Assembly (NCBI GenBank): GCA_035530295.1
Contig: DATKVB010000011.1
Location: forward strand, 65,169-129,168
Direction: 5' to 3'
Length of the DNA stretch: 64,000 nt
Source of the DNA: a bacterium
GTDB taxonomy: Bacteria > Spirochaetota > Spirochaetia > Treponematales > UBA12059
Of this stretch, positions 7,578-17,485 are shown one piece after another. How positions within the stretch are numbered: the first letter of the stretch is position 1; each line of letters starts with the position of its first letter. The position numbers and the translations under genes were made by a program. A model generated the notes under the pieces. That model ran no database searches, was not told the DNA's origin, and saw only the letters and a list, made by a program, of their open reading frames with translations.

Positions 7578-10520
7578 ATGGCTGGAATTACGGTCAAAGG
7601 CGATATACAACTGCTCGTTGATGGACTCGAGCTCGAGGCATCGCTGCGATTCGAACCAGCGTCCGATGGAGCCGAGTGGGCCATCGATGGCCTGGTCAAG
7701 CTTGTAACAGAGGCACGAATCGCGGGCGTCACGAACCGGCGGCTCGAGGAGGTCCTCCAGGCGTTCGGAAAATCCAGGACTCGAACCCTGGAAATCGTAG
7801 CCAGGGGACAGGCCCCTGAGCCTACCATCCCGGAAGAGGCCGAATGGGGTGACACCTCGACACCCCCTGAATTCCAGCCCTTTGAGTCCGCTGCGATCGT
7901 GGACGCGCCCCCTCCCAATCTGTACAAGATTCGTGTCGACCGGGTCGCCAGGGAGCGCGTCGTCAAGAGATCGGGACTCCTGCCGTTCCTTCCGTCCAAA
8001 GCTGAAAAAATCGTCGATTATGACAAGGTCGAGGTCCGCGAACCGGTGGCCGTCGATACGCGCGTCTTGCGCTCGTTCTGGGCCTCAAAGAACGCGATTG
8101 TGGCGAAGATATCACCTCCCCGTCCGGGCAAGCCAGGCAAGAACGTCTATGGCAAGCCGATTCCCGCGGAACGGGGCGACGATCTGTCCTTCTACATCGG
8201 CAACAGGCTGACCAGGGGAAAAGGGCTATTGCTGGCGGCCGAATCGGGCTTCGTGCGGGTCGGTATCCGCTGGGCCGATCTGATACCATTTGGCGCGGGA
8301 ACCTACTCCACCAGATTATCGCTCGACGGATCGACCGTGCTCCTGGATTATTCACCGGGAGATAGCCGATTGCCTCCTCCCGACGCCGAGACAATCCTCA
8401 AGGAAGCACAAGAGCTTGGCCAGAGCGCGGAACAACTGATATCGGTGGAGGAAATCGCCTCGGCGCTGCTCAAGTCAACACGGAGCAGTCAGCCGCTATC
8501 CGGATTCAGCCTGTCCGGTGACCGCGATGCGGAAGCCAAGGTAACCATTGCCCCTGATAAACTCAGGGCCAGCCTGACAATCATCAAGGGACGTGGGCGA
8601 GGTCGGGCACTCGACCTGTCGATGGTCAGCGCAGCGTTGTCCGGACACAGGCTCAAAGGCGTCAAGGTCGACAAGCTCAAGGCCGATGTCATAGCCTTCT
8701 ACAAAAGCACCGAGACCGAATTGCTCGACTATGTTCTGACCGAAGGCAAGGATCCTGTCCGCGGCAAGGATCGAACAATAATCTACACAGTCGCGTTCCT
8801 GCCTGACGCTCAGGCAAGCGAATACCGTGCCATTCTGGAGGCCGCTCCTTCACTGAGCCGCGTTGTCCGCAGTCTGGATGAATTCGGTCTGTCAAAGGCC
8901 ACGAGAATAGGACTGGTAAAGAAGGGCCAGGAGGTGGCGAGGTTCAGCCCTCCGGCCGCGGGACAAGCTGGCTTTGATGTCTACGGAGGGGAGATTCCCG
9001 CTATACCGGGAAATGATCCGGTCATCAGGATATTCGAAAATCTGCAGCTCTCAAACGAATCATTGCAGAGTGAAGATGACGGGCTGTTGCTGGTGGCAGA
9101 AGAGAACGGCCAGACAATGGCTCGCGTCGTCCCATACCGTGACGCCCGCATCACGGTGGCCATAGCCGAGGACGCCTTGACCGCGTCTGTCAGTCTGGAA
9201 CAGGGTTATGGCCTTGGGCGTGACCTGAGCCTCGACATGCTCCAGGAGGCCCTGAACCAGGCGAGCGTCGTCTCGAGCATCGATTCCAAGGCGATGGCAT
9301 CGGCTCTGGCCGACGCCCGCGAGGGTCGCGCCGTCGTGGGGCGGATAGTCGCGCGCGGCAAGCCTCCCGTTCCTGCTGGAGGGTTCAGGCTCAACTGGCT
9401 CGTCCACCTGGCTACTGGCTCCGCTGTTACCCTGCGCGCTGATGGTTCTGCCGACTACAAGAACCAGGACCGCGCGACGATCGTAGTGGAGGGGCAGCCC
9501 ATTCTGGAGTTGCAGGTGATAGGGGTAGAGGGTCAGGATGGCACCGATGTGCTGGGAGGCGTAATTCCCGCGCCAAAGAACCCGCTTGTCACCGAAGTCC
9601 CGACCCACGACGCGACCATCATCGATGAAGCAAAGGAAAATGGCGACCACGTACTCAAGGCCGCCAGGAATGGCCAGCTTCGTTTTGAGAAGAACATGCT
9701 CTGCATCGACCCTGCCCAGAAGATAACGGGCGACGTGGGCCCTGCCACGGGCAATATTCGCTTCCCTGGCCCGGTAGCCATAACGGGTACCGTACTGACC
9801 GGATACACGGTGATGGCCGGCGGCGATATTTATATAGCGGGATCGGTAGAAGCGGCGCTCGTATCCTCGGGAGGCTCCATCAGGATTACCGAGGGAATCA
9901 AAGGCGCCAAACGAGGAACCATCCGGGCACACAAGTCAATAGAAGCCGCCTTCGCCGAACAGGCCATGATGCTGAGCGTCGATGACATCATGCTCAAGAA
10001 CTCGGCTTTGCTCTGCAACATCAAGACCAACGGCAAGCTGATGCTGGCCGGCGATCGCGGGCACCTGGTAGGCGGCCTGTGCCGGGCGCGCAAGGGTATC
10101 GAGGTGCAGAATCTCGGATCCGAGACGGGAGCGCCCACGCAGGTATCATTTGGCCAGGACTACCTTATCATGGACGCGATAGAGGCGGAGGAGCGTGAAA
10201 TCGAGAGGGTCAAGGCCGGCATTCTCGAGGCCGACAAGACCATGCGCGACCTGGAGAAATCGGGCGGCAACCTTGACAAGGTCAGGCAAGACAAGCTGCG
10301 CCTTGTAAAACTGCTCGAGAGACGGTCGCTTCGCATATTCGAACTGCGCGAGAAGTATGAAGAGCACTTCACCAGCGAAATTGTTGTCAGGGGCTCCATC
10401 TTCGCGGGTGTCGTGCTTGAGAGCCACAACCGCTTTCATGAGATAAGGCAGACGAAGCAGAAGGTGGCATTCTCGTTCGACCCTGAATTGGGCCGCGTCA
10501 TAGAACGCCCCTTGAAGTAG
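7578..10520 (+). CDS. FapA-family (DUF342) protein, 980 aa
   Basis: Degenerate beta-helix-like repeats ('GDIYIAGSVEAALVSSGGSIRITEGIKGAKRGTIRAHKSIEA...NGKLMLAG') are followed by a coiled-coil tail. Starts 9 nt after the ATPase gene. Confidence 0.75.
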   Translation: MAGITVKGDIQLLVDGLELEASLRFEPASDGAEWAIDGLVKLVTEARIAGVTNRRLEEVLQAFGKSRTRTLEIVARGQAPEPTIPEEAEWGDTSTPPEFQPFESAAIVDAPPPNLYKIRVDRVARERVVKRSGLLPFLPSKAEKIVDYDKVEVREPVAVDTRVLRSFWASKNAIVAKISPPRPGKPGKNVYGKPIPAERGDDLSFYIGNRLTRGKGLLLAAESGFVRVGIRWADLIPFGAGTYSTRLSLDGSTVLLDYSPGDSRLPPPDAETILKEAQELGQSAEQLISVEEIASALLKSTRSSQPLSGFSLSGDRDAEAKVTIAPDKLRASLTIIKGRGRGRALDLSMVSAALSGHRLKGVKVDKLKADVIAFYKSTETELLDYVLTEGKDPVRGKDRTIIYTVAFLPDAQASEYRAILEAAPSLSRVVRSLDEFGLSKATRIGLVKKGQEVARFSPPAAGQAGFDVYGGEIPAIPGNDPVIRIFENLQLSNESLQSEDDGLLLVAEENGQTMARVVPYRDARITVAIAEDALTASVSLEQGYGLGRDLSLDMLQEALNQASVVSSIDSKAMASALADAREGRAVVGRIVARGKPPVPAGGFRLNWLVHLATGSAVTLRADGSADYKNQDRATIVVEGQPILELQVIGVEGQDGTDVLGGVIPAPKNPLVTEVPTHDATIIDEAKENGDHVLKAARNGQLRFEKNMLCIDPAQKITGDVGPATGNIRFPGPVAITGTVLTGYTVMAGGDIYIAGSVEAALVSSGGSIRITEGIKGAKRGTIRAHKSIEAAFAEQAMMLSVDDIMLKNSALLCNIKTNGKLMLAGDRGHLVGGLCRARKGIEVQNLGSETGAPTQVSFGQDYLIMDAIEAEEREIERVKAGILEADKTMRDLEKSGGNLDKVRQDKLRLVKLLERRSLRIFELREKYEEHFTSEIVVRGSIFAGVVLESHNRFHEIRQTKQKVAFSFDPELGRVIERPLK

Positions 10521-10608
10521 CCCGGCCGTTGCGCCTGTCCGACAGCGCGGGTATAGTGAGTGCGCGCCCGCTCAGCGTGGCGCAGATACGACAATCCGGA
10601 GGTCGCCG

Positions 10609-11631
10609 ATGCTCGCCGCCGTTCAGTTTCCATCCTGGCTCAAGCCGGAGATATTTCCTTTCCTGCCGCAATTTCCGTTGCGTTGGTACGGCCTCATGTA
10701 CCTGGTCGCCTTTGGCATAACCTACCTGCTGTTTACCTACCAGGTTCGGAACAGAAAGCTTGGATACTCGGAAGACGACATATCCGGTTTCTTCCTGGCG
10801 GGCATAGTGGGACTGATCATAGGTGCGCGGCTCTTTGGTACCCTGCTCTACGATCCCAGCGGCATGTACTGGAGCAAGCCCTGGCTCATATTCTGGCCAT
10901 TCGGCGAGGGCGGCAAGTTCACCGGCTTCATGGGTATGTCATTCCACGGCGGGTTCATAGGCGCGACCATAGGCTTCGTGGCGTATTCATGGCGCCGACA
11001 CCTGGACTTTCTGGAGTGGGCCGACATGATCGCCATATCGGTGCCCCTGGGCTACACCTTTGGCAGGCTTGGAAACTTCATAAATGGCGAGCTGTGGGGC
11101 AAGGTGAGCACCGCTCCATGGGCGATGATATTCCCCAATGCCACCAAATTTCCATCCAGCGAGTCATGGGTAGCCGATATCGCCAGACGAACCGGCATGC
11201 TGCTCGACGGCCCCATGATCAATCTGCCCAGACATCCGTCCCAGTTGTATGAGGCGCTCTTCGAGGGCCTCGTGCTGTGGCTGTTCATGTGGTTCATCGT
11301 GCGCCCCAGAAAGCCTTTCAAGGGATTTGCCATAGGAGCCTACATCACAGGGTACGGCGTGATCCGCTTCATCATAGAATATTTCCGCGAGCCCGATGCC
11401 GACCTCGGGTACATCATCAAGCTGGGCAATCCCGATGCGTCGATCCATCTGTATTCGACGCCTTTCAACTTCTCCATGGGCCAGATCCTGTGCTTCCTGA
11501 TGATAGTCGGCGGACTCGGGTTCATAGCGATACGAGCCCGCATGTCCAGCCGCCAGGCGTCGTTGCTGGCGGCGGCCGAGGCTCAGCATTCAAGAATTGT
11601 GACCGCCAGGCGCAAGTTGAGAAAGAAGTAG
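10609..11631 (+). CDS. lgt: prolipoprotein diacylglyceryl transferase
   Basis: 'RWYGLMYLVAFG', 'HGGFIG', 'GRLGNFINGELWGK' and 'RHPSQLYEALFEG'. GGAGG lies 8 nt upstream of the ATG. Confidence 0.9.
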   Translation: MLAAVQFPSWLKPEIFPFLPQFPLRWYGLMYLVAFGITYLLFTYQVRNRKLGYSEDDISGFFLAGIVGLIIGARLFGTLLYDPSGMYWSKPWLIFWPFGEGGKFTGFMGMSFHGGFIGATIGFVAYSWRRHLDFLEWADMIAISVPLGYTFGRLGNFINGELWGKVSTAPWAMIFPNATKFPSSESWVADIARRTGMLLDGPMINLPRHPSQLYEALFEGLVLWLFMWFIVRPRKPFKGFAIGAYITGYGVIRFIIEYFREPDADLGYIIKLGNPDASIHLYSTPFNFSMGQILCFLMIVGGLGFIAIRARMSSRQASLLAAAEAQHSRIVTARRKLRKK

Positions 11632-11661
11632 CGCGACTGCTCCATAATCCGTCCACCAAGA

Positions 11662-11695
11662 GACCCGTTGCGGATAACCGCTGCGGGTCTTTTTA
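11662..11695 (+). terminator. intrinsic terminator after lgt
   Basis: 12-position stem GACCCGTTGCGG/CCGCTGCGGGTC (one mismatch, one G-U), 4-nt loop, then TTTTT. Confidence 0.6.
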
Positions 11696-11740
11696 TCATC
11701 CCCTGCTATCCTTCGAGCCAGAAAATTCGTCACCGCGCGC

Positions 11741-11794
11741 TTGACACTTCATTGATCATTTAATATCTTAGTTTTTAATTGTTTAGTATCTTAA
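11741..11794 (+). promoter_or_regulatory. candidate promoter (TTGACA-17-TATCTT) with two 13-nt direct repeats upstream of the MarR gene
   Basis: TTGACA at 11741-11746 and TATCTT at 11764-11769. TTTAATATCTTAG (11759-11771) and TTTAGTATCTTAA (11782-11794) are spaced 23 nt apart in an AT-rich island. Confidence 0.3.
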
Positions 11795-11809
11795 ATAAAT
11801 GGAGCGCCA

Positions 11810-12298
11810 ATGATGACCAATGAGAGTGATCTGGCTCGAGGCTTGATGGACACCTTCAAGCGGCTGAACCGCGTCATTCACATGAACATGTTCAAGAGCT
11901 TCGAGCCAAAGCAGAAGATGACTCCGCTCTTTGTGATGATTCGCCTCAAGAAGGCCAATCTTCAGGGCGGCATGAGGGTTTCGGAGATAGCGTCCTCCAT
12001 CGGCATAACTGTGCCGGCGGTAACGCAGATCCTTACCAGCCTTGAGAAGTCCGGACTGGTTCACAGGGCAATGGATCCTGAAGACAGGCGCGCCGTGCGG
12101 GTCATCCTGACACCGGAAGGCGAATCGATGCTCGACCCGGCGCTGAAGTCCTATGATGACAGTTTCGCCGCGCTGATCGAATACCTGGGCAAGGCCGACA
12201 GCGTGAAGCTGTTCGAGCTGCTGACCAAGGTGGAGCGGTTCTTTGTCGACAGGGGCGGAATGCACGCCACATCGCACTGCGATGTGGACAACTCGTGA
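11810..12298 (+). CDS. MarR-family transcriptional regulator
   Basis: Winged-HTH pattern '...MRVSEIASSIGITVPAVTQILTSLEKSGLVHRAMDPEDRRAVRVILT'. Confidence 0.85.
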   Translation: MMTNESDLARGLMDTFKRLNRVIHMNMFKSFEPKQKMTPLFVMIRLKKANLQGGMRVSEIASSIGITVPAVTQILTSLEKSGLVHRAMDPEDRRAVRVILTPEGESMLDPALKSYDDSFAALIEYLGKADSVKLFELLTKVERFFVDRGGMHATSHCDVDNS

Positions 12299-12368
12299 GT
12301 AATGTATCCATAGCAGCCAGATGCATGCTGAAGACCGATACAACGCGTTTATTTTGGAGTATTTGAGT

Positions 12369-13772
12369 ATGACTGCACGTATGACAACACGATTCCTGGG
12401 CCGATCGATCAGGGCGCTGCCGCTGGCCTTTGGTTTCCTGCTCGTCCTCAACGCCGGGGCCCAGACCACGTCAATTTCGATTGATGACGCGGTGCGGCTT
12501 TCACTGGCCTCTGACGCCAGGGTACAGAGCTCCCGCTGGGACTCGCTGGCCGCCACCGCCAAGGCCGAGGAAGCACAACGGCGGCAGTTGCCGTCTTTTT
12601 CGCTCAGCGCTGGCTACACCAGGCTCAGCGATCTCCAGTCGACCATCAGCTTCGGCGGAATGCCGATAACGATTGATTCACTTGACAACGTATTTAGTCT
12701 TGGCGCGACCATGCAATACCCTGTCTTCGCGGGCTTCAGGCTGCGCGAATCTGCAGTCCTGGCCCAGTTGCAGTCGAAGGGAAAGGACACAAGCCTGGAG
12801 ATGGTCCGCAGGTCGCTCGACTTCGAGACGCGACGCGCGTACTGGGAGGCTGTCCGGTCCGTATACAATGTCCGCATGCTCCAGGAGAACCTCAACCTGA
12901 TGCAGAACAACCTTGAGGTGGTGCAGCACCAACTGGCACAAGGCACCGTGATAAACGCCGACCTTCTGGCCGCGCAGATGCGGCGCGATCAGGCAGGCAT
13001 CGACCTCGACAACGCAAAGACGATGCAGCAACGAGCGTTCCTGTCGCTCGCGTCGTTGGTCGCAGACAGCGGCGACACGTCGCTTGCCGCTGATCCCACC
13101 GCGCTCTTTGCTCTGGTATCGACTCCGGACATGACACCAGAGCTCGCCGGCCCCGGACAACCACTCTCTGACAGCGTCGATGCGAACGCGCTGACTGAAC
13201 TTGCCTTGCGACGCAGGCCGGAAATCCAGGCGTCGGCGCTGGCCGTGGACATAGCCGAGCACGGCAAGAAGCTGGCCGAGGCCCCCCTGTATCCGGCGGT
13301 CAACCTGACAGGAAACTATACCCTCGCCGACCCCAATCAGCGTGTCGCGTTTCAGAGCGACCCCTGGCAATTCACCGGTACATGGAGTCTCGGCGTATCC
13401 GTGTCCTGGGATATAGGCGGCATACCGGCGAACTTGCTGGAGAAACAAGCCCAGGCATACGGCATGGACAAGAGCCGTGCCGACAAGAGCCGCCAGGAAG
13501 AGCTTATACGTCTGGATGTACGCGCCTGCGCACTGACGTACGAACAGGCGCGTCGCGATGCAGCCGTGGTATCACGCATGCTGGCCCAGGCCAAGGAAAA
13601 CGAGCGGGTCATACAGCAGAGGTCGAACGCGGGGACAGCGAGCGCCAGTGACCTGCTCACGGCGTCGATAGCCCGACTCAGGAGCGAGTTTACCATAGTC
13701 AACAAGCAGATCGATGTGCAGATAGCGGCAGCGGATCTGTGCCGAGCGGCTGCACTCGCCGACGTCGAGTAA
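12369..13772 (+). CDS. TolC-family outer membrane efflux protein
   Basis: Signal peptide followed by the OMF N-terminal motif 'ISIDDAVRLSLASDARV'. ATG 12369 lies behind GGAG; the ORF is open from 12321. Confidence 0.85.
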   Translation: MTARMTTRFLGRSIRALPLAFGFLLVLNAGAQTTSISIDDAVRLSLASDARVQSSRWDSLAATAKAEEAQRRQLPSFSLSAGYTRLSDLQSTISFGGMPITIDSLDNVFSLGATMQYPVFAGFRLRESAVLAQLQSKGKDTSLEMVRRSLDFETRRAYWEAVRSVYNVRMLQENLNLMQNNLEVVQHQLAQGTVINADLLAAQMRRDQAGIDLDNAKTMQQRAFLSLASLVADSGDTSLAADPTALFALVSTPDMTPELAGPGQPLSDSVDANALTELALRRRPEIQASALAVDIAEHGKKLAEAPLYPAVNLTGNYTLADPNQRVAFQSDPWQFTGTWSLGVSVSWDIGGIPANLLEKQAQAYGMDKSRADKSRQEELIRLDVRACALTYEQARRDAAVVSRMLAQAKENERVIQQRSNAGTASASDLLTASIARLRSEFTIVNKQIDVQIAAADLCRAAALADVE

Positions 13773-13787
13773 GGCGGCTCACCCAAA

Positions 13788-15518
13788 ATGCTCAAATTAA
13801 TGCGCTATCTGAAGCCTTACTGGATACCGGTATCGGCCGTCGTCGTCGTCGTCTTTCTGCAATCGATGGGTGACCTCTATCTGCCAACGCTGATGTCCAA
13901 CATAGTCAACAAGGGCATCACCAATGGCGATATTCCGTACATTCTGAGCACAGGCCTCGAGATGATACTGGTCGCGATAGGCGGCTCCATATGCGCCGTC
14001 ATCGCGAGCTACCTGTCGTCGCACGTGGCGATGGGTTTTGGCGAGGATCTGCGGAGCGGCATATTCTCGCGGGTGTCCAGGTTCTCGCTGCACGAGTTCG
14101 ACAGGTTCGGCACTCCCTCGCTGGTAACCAGAAGCACCAACGATGTCGTGCAGGTGCAGAACGTCGTGATGATGACGCAGCGTATGATGATAGCCGCGCC
14201 GATCACGGCGGTCGGCGGCATGATCCTGGCCCTGCAAAAGGACAAGGGACTGGCCTGGATCATCATAGTCGCCATTCCCGTTCTCGGCATCTTCATCGGC
14301 ACCGTCGCCGCCAAGGGCTTTCCGCTGTTCCAGGCGATACAGAAGAAGATAGACCGCATCAACCTGGTCGTGCGGGAGAACCTGACAGGAATCAGGGTGA
14401 TACGCGCCTTCAATCGTGGCGAGTACGAGAAGAAGCGCTTCAACGAGGCCAGCTACGACCTCCTGGTCGCCTCGGTCAAGGTCAACCGCATCTTCGCGAT
14501 GATGATGCCGGTGATGATGTTGATCATGAACATGACCGTGATATCGATCCTATGGTTCGGCAGCCATCGCATAGACAGCGGCGTGTCCAACATAGGAAAC
14601 ATGATGGCTTTTCTGCAGTACGCGATGCAGATCCTGTTCTCATTTGTAATGGCGTCGATCATGTTCATCATGGTGCCGCGGGCACAAGCTTCCGCAGATA
14701 GAATCAACGAGGTGCTGGATACACATCCCGACCTCGTGGACCCGATCAATCCACAGACGCCCGATCCATCGGTGCGGGGATACCTGGAGTTTCGCGATGT
14801 AAGTTTCTCCTATTTCGGAGCGGAGGCGCCGGCACTCCAGAACATAAGCTTCGTGGCCAAACCTGGCGAGACCACAGCGATCATTGGCAGCACGGGCTCC
14901 GGCAAATCGACACTGGTTTCGCTTATACCGCGATTCTACGATGTCGCCTCTGGCAAGATCCTGGTAGATGGCGTGGACATCAGGGACATGACACAGAAGG
15001 ACCTTCGGTCGCGCATCGGCTTCGTGCCTCAGAAGGCAGTACTCTTCACGGGCTCCGTTTCCGAGAACATCCGCTACGGCAAGGATGACGCCACCGAAGA
15101 GGAAGTCCGACACGCAGCCGAGGTGTCCCAGTCGCTTGATTTTGTCACGGTGATGGATAAAGGTTTTGACTCGCTTATATCGCAGGGTGGCACCAATGTG
15201 TCGGGCGGACAGAAGCAACGGCTTTCCATAGCCCGCGCCCTGGTAAAGAAGCCCGAGATATACGTGTTCGACGACAGCTTCTCGGCGCTTGACTTCAAGA
15301 CCGATTCGTTGCTGCGTGCGGCGCTTCACAAGGAGACCGGCAACGCCACGGTTATCATCGTAGGACAGCGGGTGGCGACCATAATGGATTCCGACAGGAT
15401 CATCGTGCTCGACGAGGGCAGGATAGCAGGCATGGGTACGCACCATGAACTGTACGCCAGCTGCCCCGTCTATCGTGAGATAGTGGAATCGCAGCTTTCG
15501 GAAGAGGAAATAGCATGA
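13788..15518 (+). CDS. ABC transporter permease/ATP-binding protein (MdlA/MsbA-like half transporter)
   Basis: 6-TM domain plus an NBD with Walker A 'GSTGSGKST', signature 'VSGGQKQR' and Walker B 'IYVFDD'. Confidence 0.9.
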   Translation: MLKLMRYLKPYWIPVSAVVVVVFLQSMGDLYLPTLMSNIVNKGITNGDIPYILSTGLEMILVAIGGSICAVIASYLSSHVAMGFGEDLRSGIFSRVSRFSLHEFDRFGTPSLVTRSTNDVVQVQNVVMMTQRMMIAAPITAVGGMILALQKDKGLAWIIIVAIPVLGIFIGTVAAKGFPLFQAIQKKIDRINLVVRENLTGIRVIRAFNRGEYEKKRFNEASYDLLVASVKVNRIFAMMMPVMMLIMNMTVISILWFGSHRIDSGVSNIGNMMAFLQYAMQILFSFVMASIMFIMVPRAQASADRINEVLDTHPDLVDPINPQTPDPSVRGYLEFRDVSFSYFGAEAPALQNISFVAKPGETTAIIGSTGSGKSTLVSLIPRFYDVASGKILVDGVDIRDMTQKDLRSRIGFVPQKAVLFTGSVSENIRYGKDDATEEEVRHAAEVSQSLDFVTVMDKGFDSLISQGGTNVSGGQKQRLSIARALVKKPEIYVFDDSFSALDFKTDSLLRAALHKETGNATVIIVGQRVATIMDSDRIIVLDEGRIAGMGTHHELYASCPVYREIVESQLSEEEIA

Positions 15519-17440
15519 GCGACCACGCGAGAGCGGGCGCAGCGCCCGGCGGCACGGCACCGGCCGGCCCACCGATGGGCAGACCCGGCGGCGCCCCCAT
15601 GATGATGGGCGGTCGCGGACCGGTCGAGAAGCCCAAGAACATGGGCAAGACAATACGCCGGTTCTTCTCATATTTTGGCGTGCGCAAGATACAGTTCGGC
15701 ATCGTACTGGTACTGGCAGTATGCAGCACCATATTCAGCATCGTGGGGCCGAAACTCCAGGGCAAGGTCACGACAAAGCTGTTTGACGGGCTGATCGGCA
15801 AATACGCGGCCCTGATGGCAAAGAAGCCACTACCTGGCATCGACTTCGTCTACGTGCAGCACCTGCTCCTCGTCATAATCGGGCTGTATCTGGTCAGCAC
15901 CCTGCTCAGCTACATACAGCAGCTCGTGATGTCAGATGTGGCGCAGAGGATCGTGTACGACATGCGCACAGACGTCAACCTGAAGCTACACCGATTGCCG
16001 CTCAAGTACTACGATGCGCGCACGCATGGCGAGATCATGAGTCGCGTCACCAACGACATTGACAACATAGCCAACACGCTGCAGCAGAGCCTGACGCAAT
16101 TCATCACATCGATCACCACGATTCTTGGTGTCATCGTAATGATGCTGACGATCAGCCCGCTCCTCACGCTGATAAGCCTCCTGACCCTGCCAACGGCTAT
16201 GCTGGTAACGATGAAGATATCCAAGGTATCGCAGAGCAAGTTCGCGACCCAGCAAAAGGAATTGGGCGCCCTCAATGGCCACATCGAGGAGATGTACTCG
16301 GGCTTTGCCATAGTCAAGGCATTCGATCATGAGCAGGATTCACTCGATGTATTCGAGACAATCAACGGCCGGCTCGCCGAGGCGAGCTGGCGCGCCCAGT
16401 TCATATCCGGCGCCGTGATGCCGGTCATGAACTTCATAAACAACCTGGGCTATGTGCTGATATGCGTTATCGGCGGCGTGATGACCTCGAAGAAGATAAT
16501 CACGCTCGGAGACATTCAGGCGTTCATCCAGTATTCGAGGCAATTTACGATGCCGATTGCCCAGGTGGCCAACATCGTCAACGTGTTGCAGTCCGCGCTC
16601 GCATCGGCGGAGCGGGTCTTCGAGGTTCTCGACGAGCAGGAAGAACTGCCGGACAGCGAGACCGCGGGCATCCTCGATCAACCACGCGGCGAAGTTGCCT
16701 TCCACGACGTGCGGTTCGGCTATACCGACGCCGCTCCGCTCATGAATGGTATCAACCTCGATGTCAAGAAGGGACAGACAATAGCAATCGTCGGGCCAAC
16801 CGGCGCGGGCAAGACTACCCTGGTCAACCTGCTGATGCGATTCTATGAGATACAGGGAGGAACGATAACCGTCGACGGCATCGATATACGCGACATTCAA
16901 CGCGGTGCGTTGCGCAGGACCTTTGGCATGGTGCTGCAGGACACCTGGCTGTTCAAGGGCAGTATCCGGGACAACATAGCATATGGATGTGAAGGCGCCA
17001 CCGACGATGCCATTATCCTCGCGGCCAAGACAGCGCACGCTGATCACTTCATCAGGGCCTTGCCCGACGGCTACGATACGGTCATCAATGAAGAAGCCTC
17101 GAACATTTCGCAGGGCGAGAAGCAGCTCTTGACTATCGCAAGGGCGCTGCTCAGCAATCCACCCATACTGATACTGGACGAGGCGACGAGCAGCGTCGAT
17201 ACGCGTACCGAGGTGTATATCCAGAAGGCCATGCGCGAACTGATGAAAGGCCGGACCAACTTCGTGATAGCACACCGGCTCTCAACGATTCGGGATTCCG
17301 AGATGATACTGGTGATGAACAAGGGTAGCATCATAGAGATGGGCAACCATCAAGAGCTGATAGCCAAGAACGGTTTCTACGCCGATCTGTACAACAGCCA
17401 GTTTACTGGCTCGTTCATAGAAGAGGAAGCACACGCATGA
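15515..17440 (+). CDS. ABC transporter permease/ATP-binding protein (MdlB-like half transporter)
   Basis: 4-nt ATGA overlap with the previous gene. Gly/Pro-rich N-terminal tail, Walker A 'GPTGAGKTT', signature 'ISQGEKQ' and Walker B 'ILILDEATS'. Confidence 0.9.
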   Translation: MSDHARAGAAPGGTAPAGPPMGRPGGAPMMMGGRGPVEKPKNMGKTIRRFFSYFGVRKIQFGIVLVLAVCSTIFSIVGPKLQGKVTTKLFDGLIGKYAALMAKKPLPGIDFVYVQHLLLVIIGLYLVSTLLSYIQQLVMSDVAQRIVYDMRTDVNLKLHRLPLKYYDARTHGEIMSRVTNDIDNIANTLQQSLTQFITSITTILGVIVMMLTISPLLTLISLLTLPTAMLVTMKISKVSQSKFATQQKELGALNGHIEEMYSGFAIVKAFDHEQDSLDVFETINGRLAEASWRAQFISGAVMPVMNFINNLGYVLICVIGGVMTSKKIITLGDIQAFIQYSRQFTMPIAQVANIVNVLQSALASAERVFEVLDEQEELPDSETAGILDQPRGEVAFHDVRFGYTDAAPLMNGINLDVKKGQTIAIVGPTGAGKTTLVNLLMRFYEIQGGTITVDGIDIRDIQRGALRRTFGMVLQDTWLFKGSIRDNIAYGCEGATDDAIILAAKTAHADHFIRALPDGYDTVINEEASNISQGEKQLLTIARALLSNPPILILDEATSSVDTRTEVYIQKAMRELMKGRTNFVIAHRLSTIRDSEMILVMNKGSIIEMGNHQELIAKNGFYADLYNSQFTGSFIEEEAHA

Positions 17441-17485
17441 ACGGCTTTATAGCACTGATACGAACCATGGTCGAGGAGAACATCG

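Noticed and set aside
9060-9932. 290-aa minus-strand ORF
   Set aside because: It is antisense to the DUF342 gene's repeat region, has no motif, and has shadow-frame composition.
10536-10544. 9-nt match (GTCCGACAG) to the core of the MITE terminal repeat, upstream of lgt
   Set aside because: A single 9-mer match is about what chance predicts in 64 kb on two strands, and no extended similarity or partner repeat is present.
14640-15671. 343-aa minus-strand ORF (also 16340-17275, 12678-13448 and 13991-14701)
   Set aside because: These are antisense or out-of-frame to the ABC transporter and TolC genes, which have clear motifs. Their Arg/His-rich composition is typical of non-coding frames.
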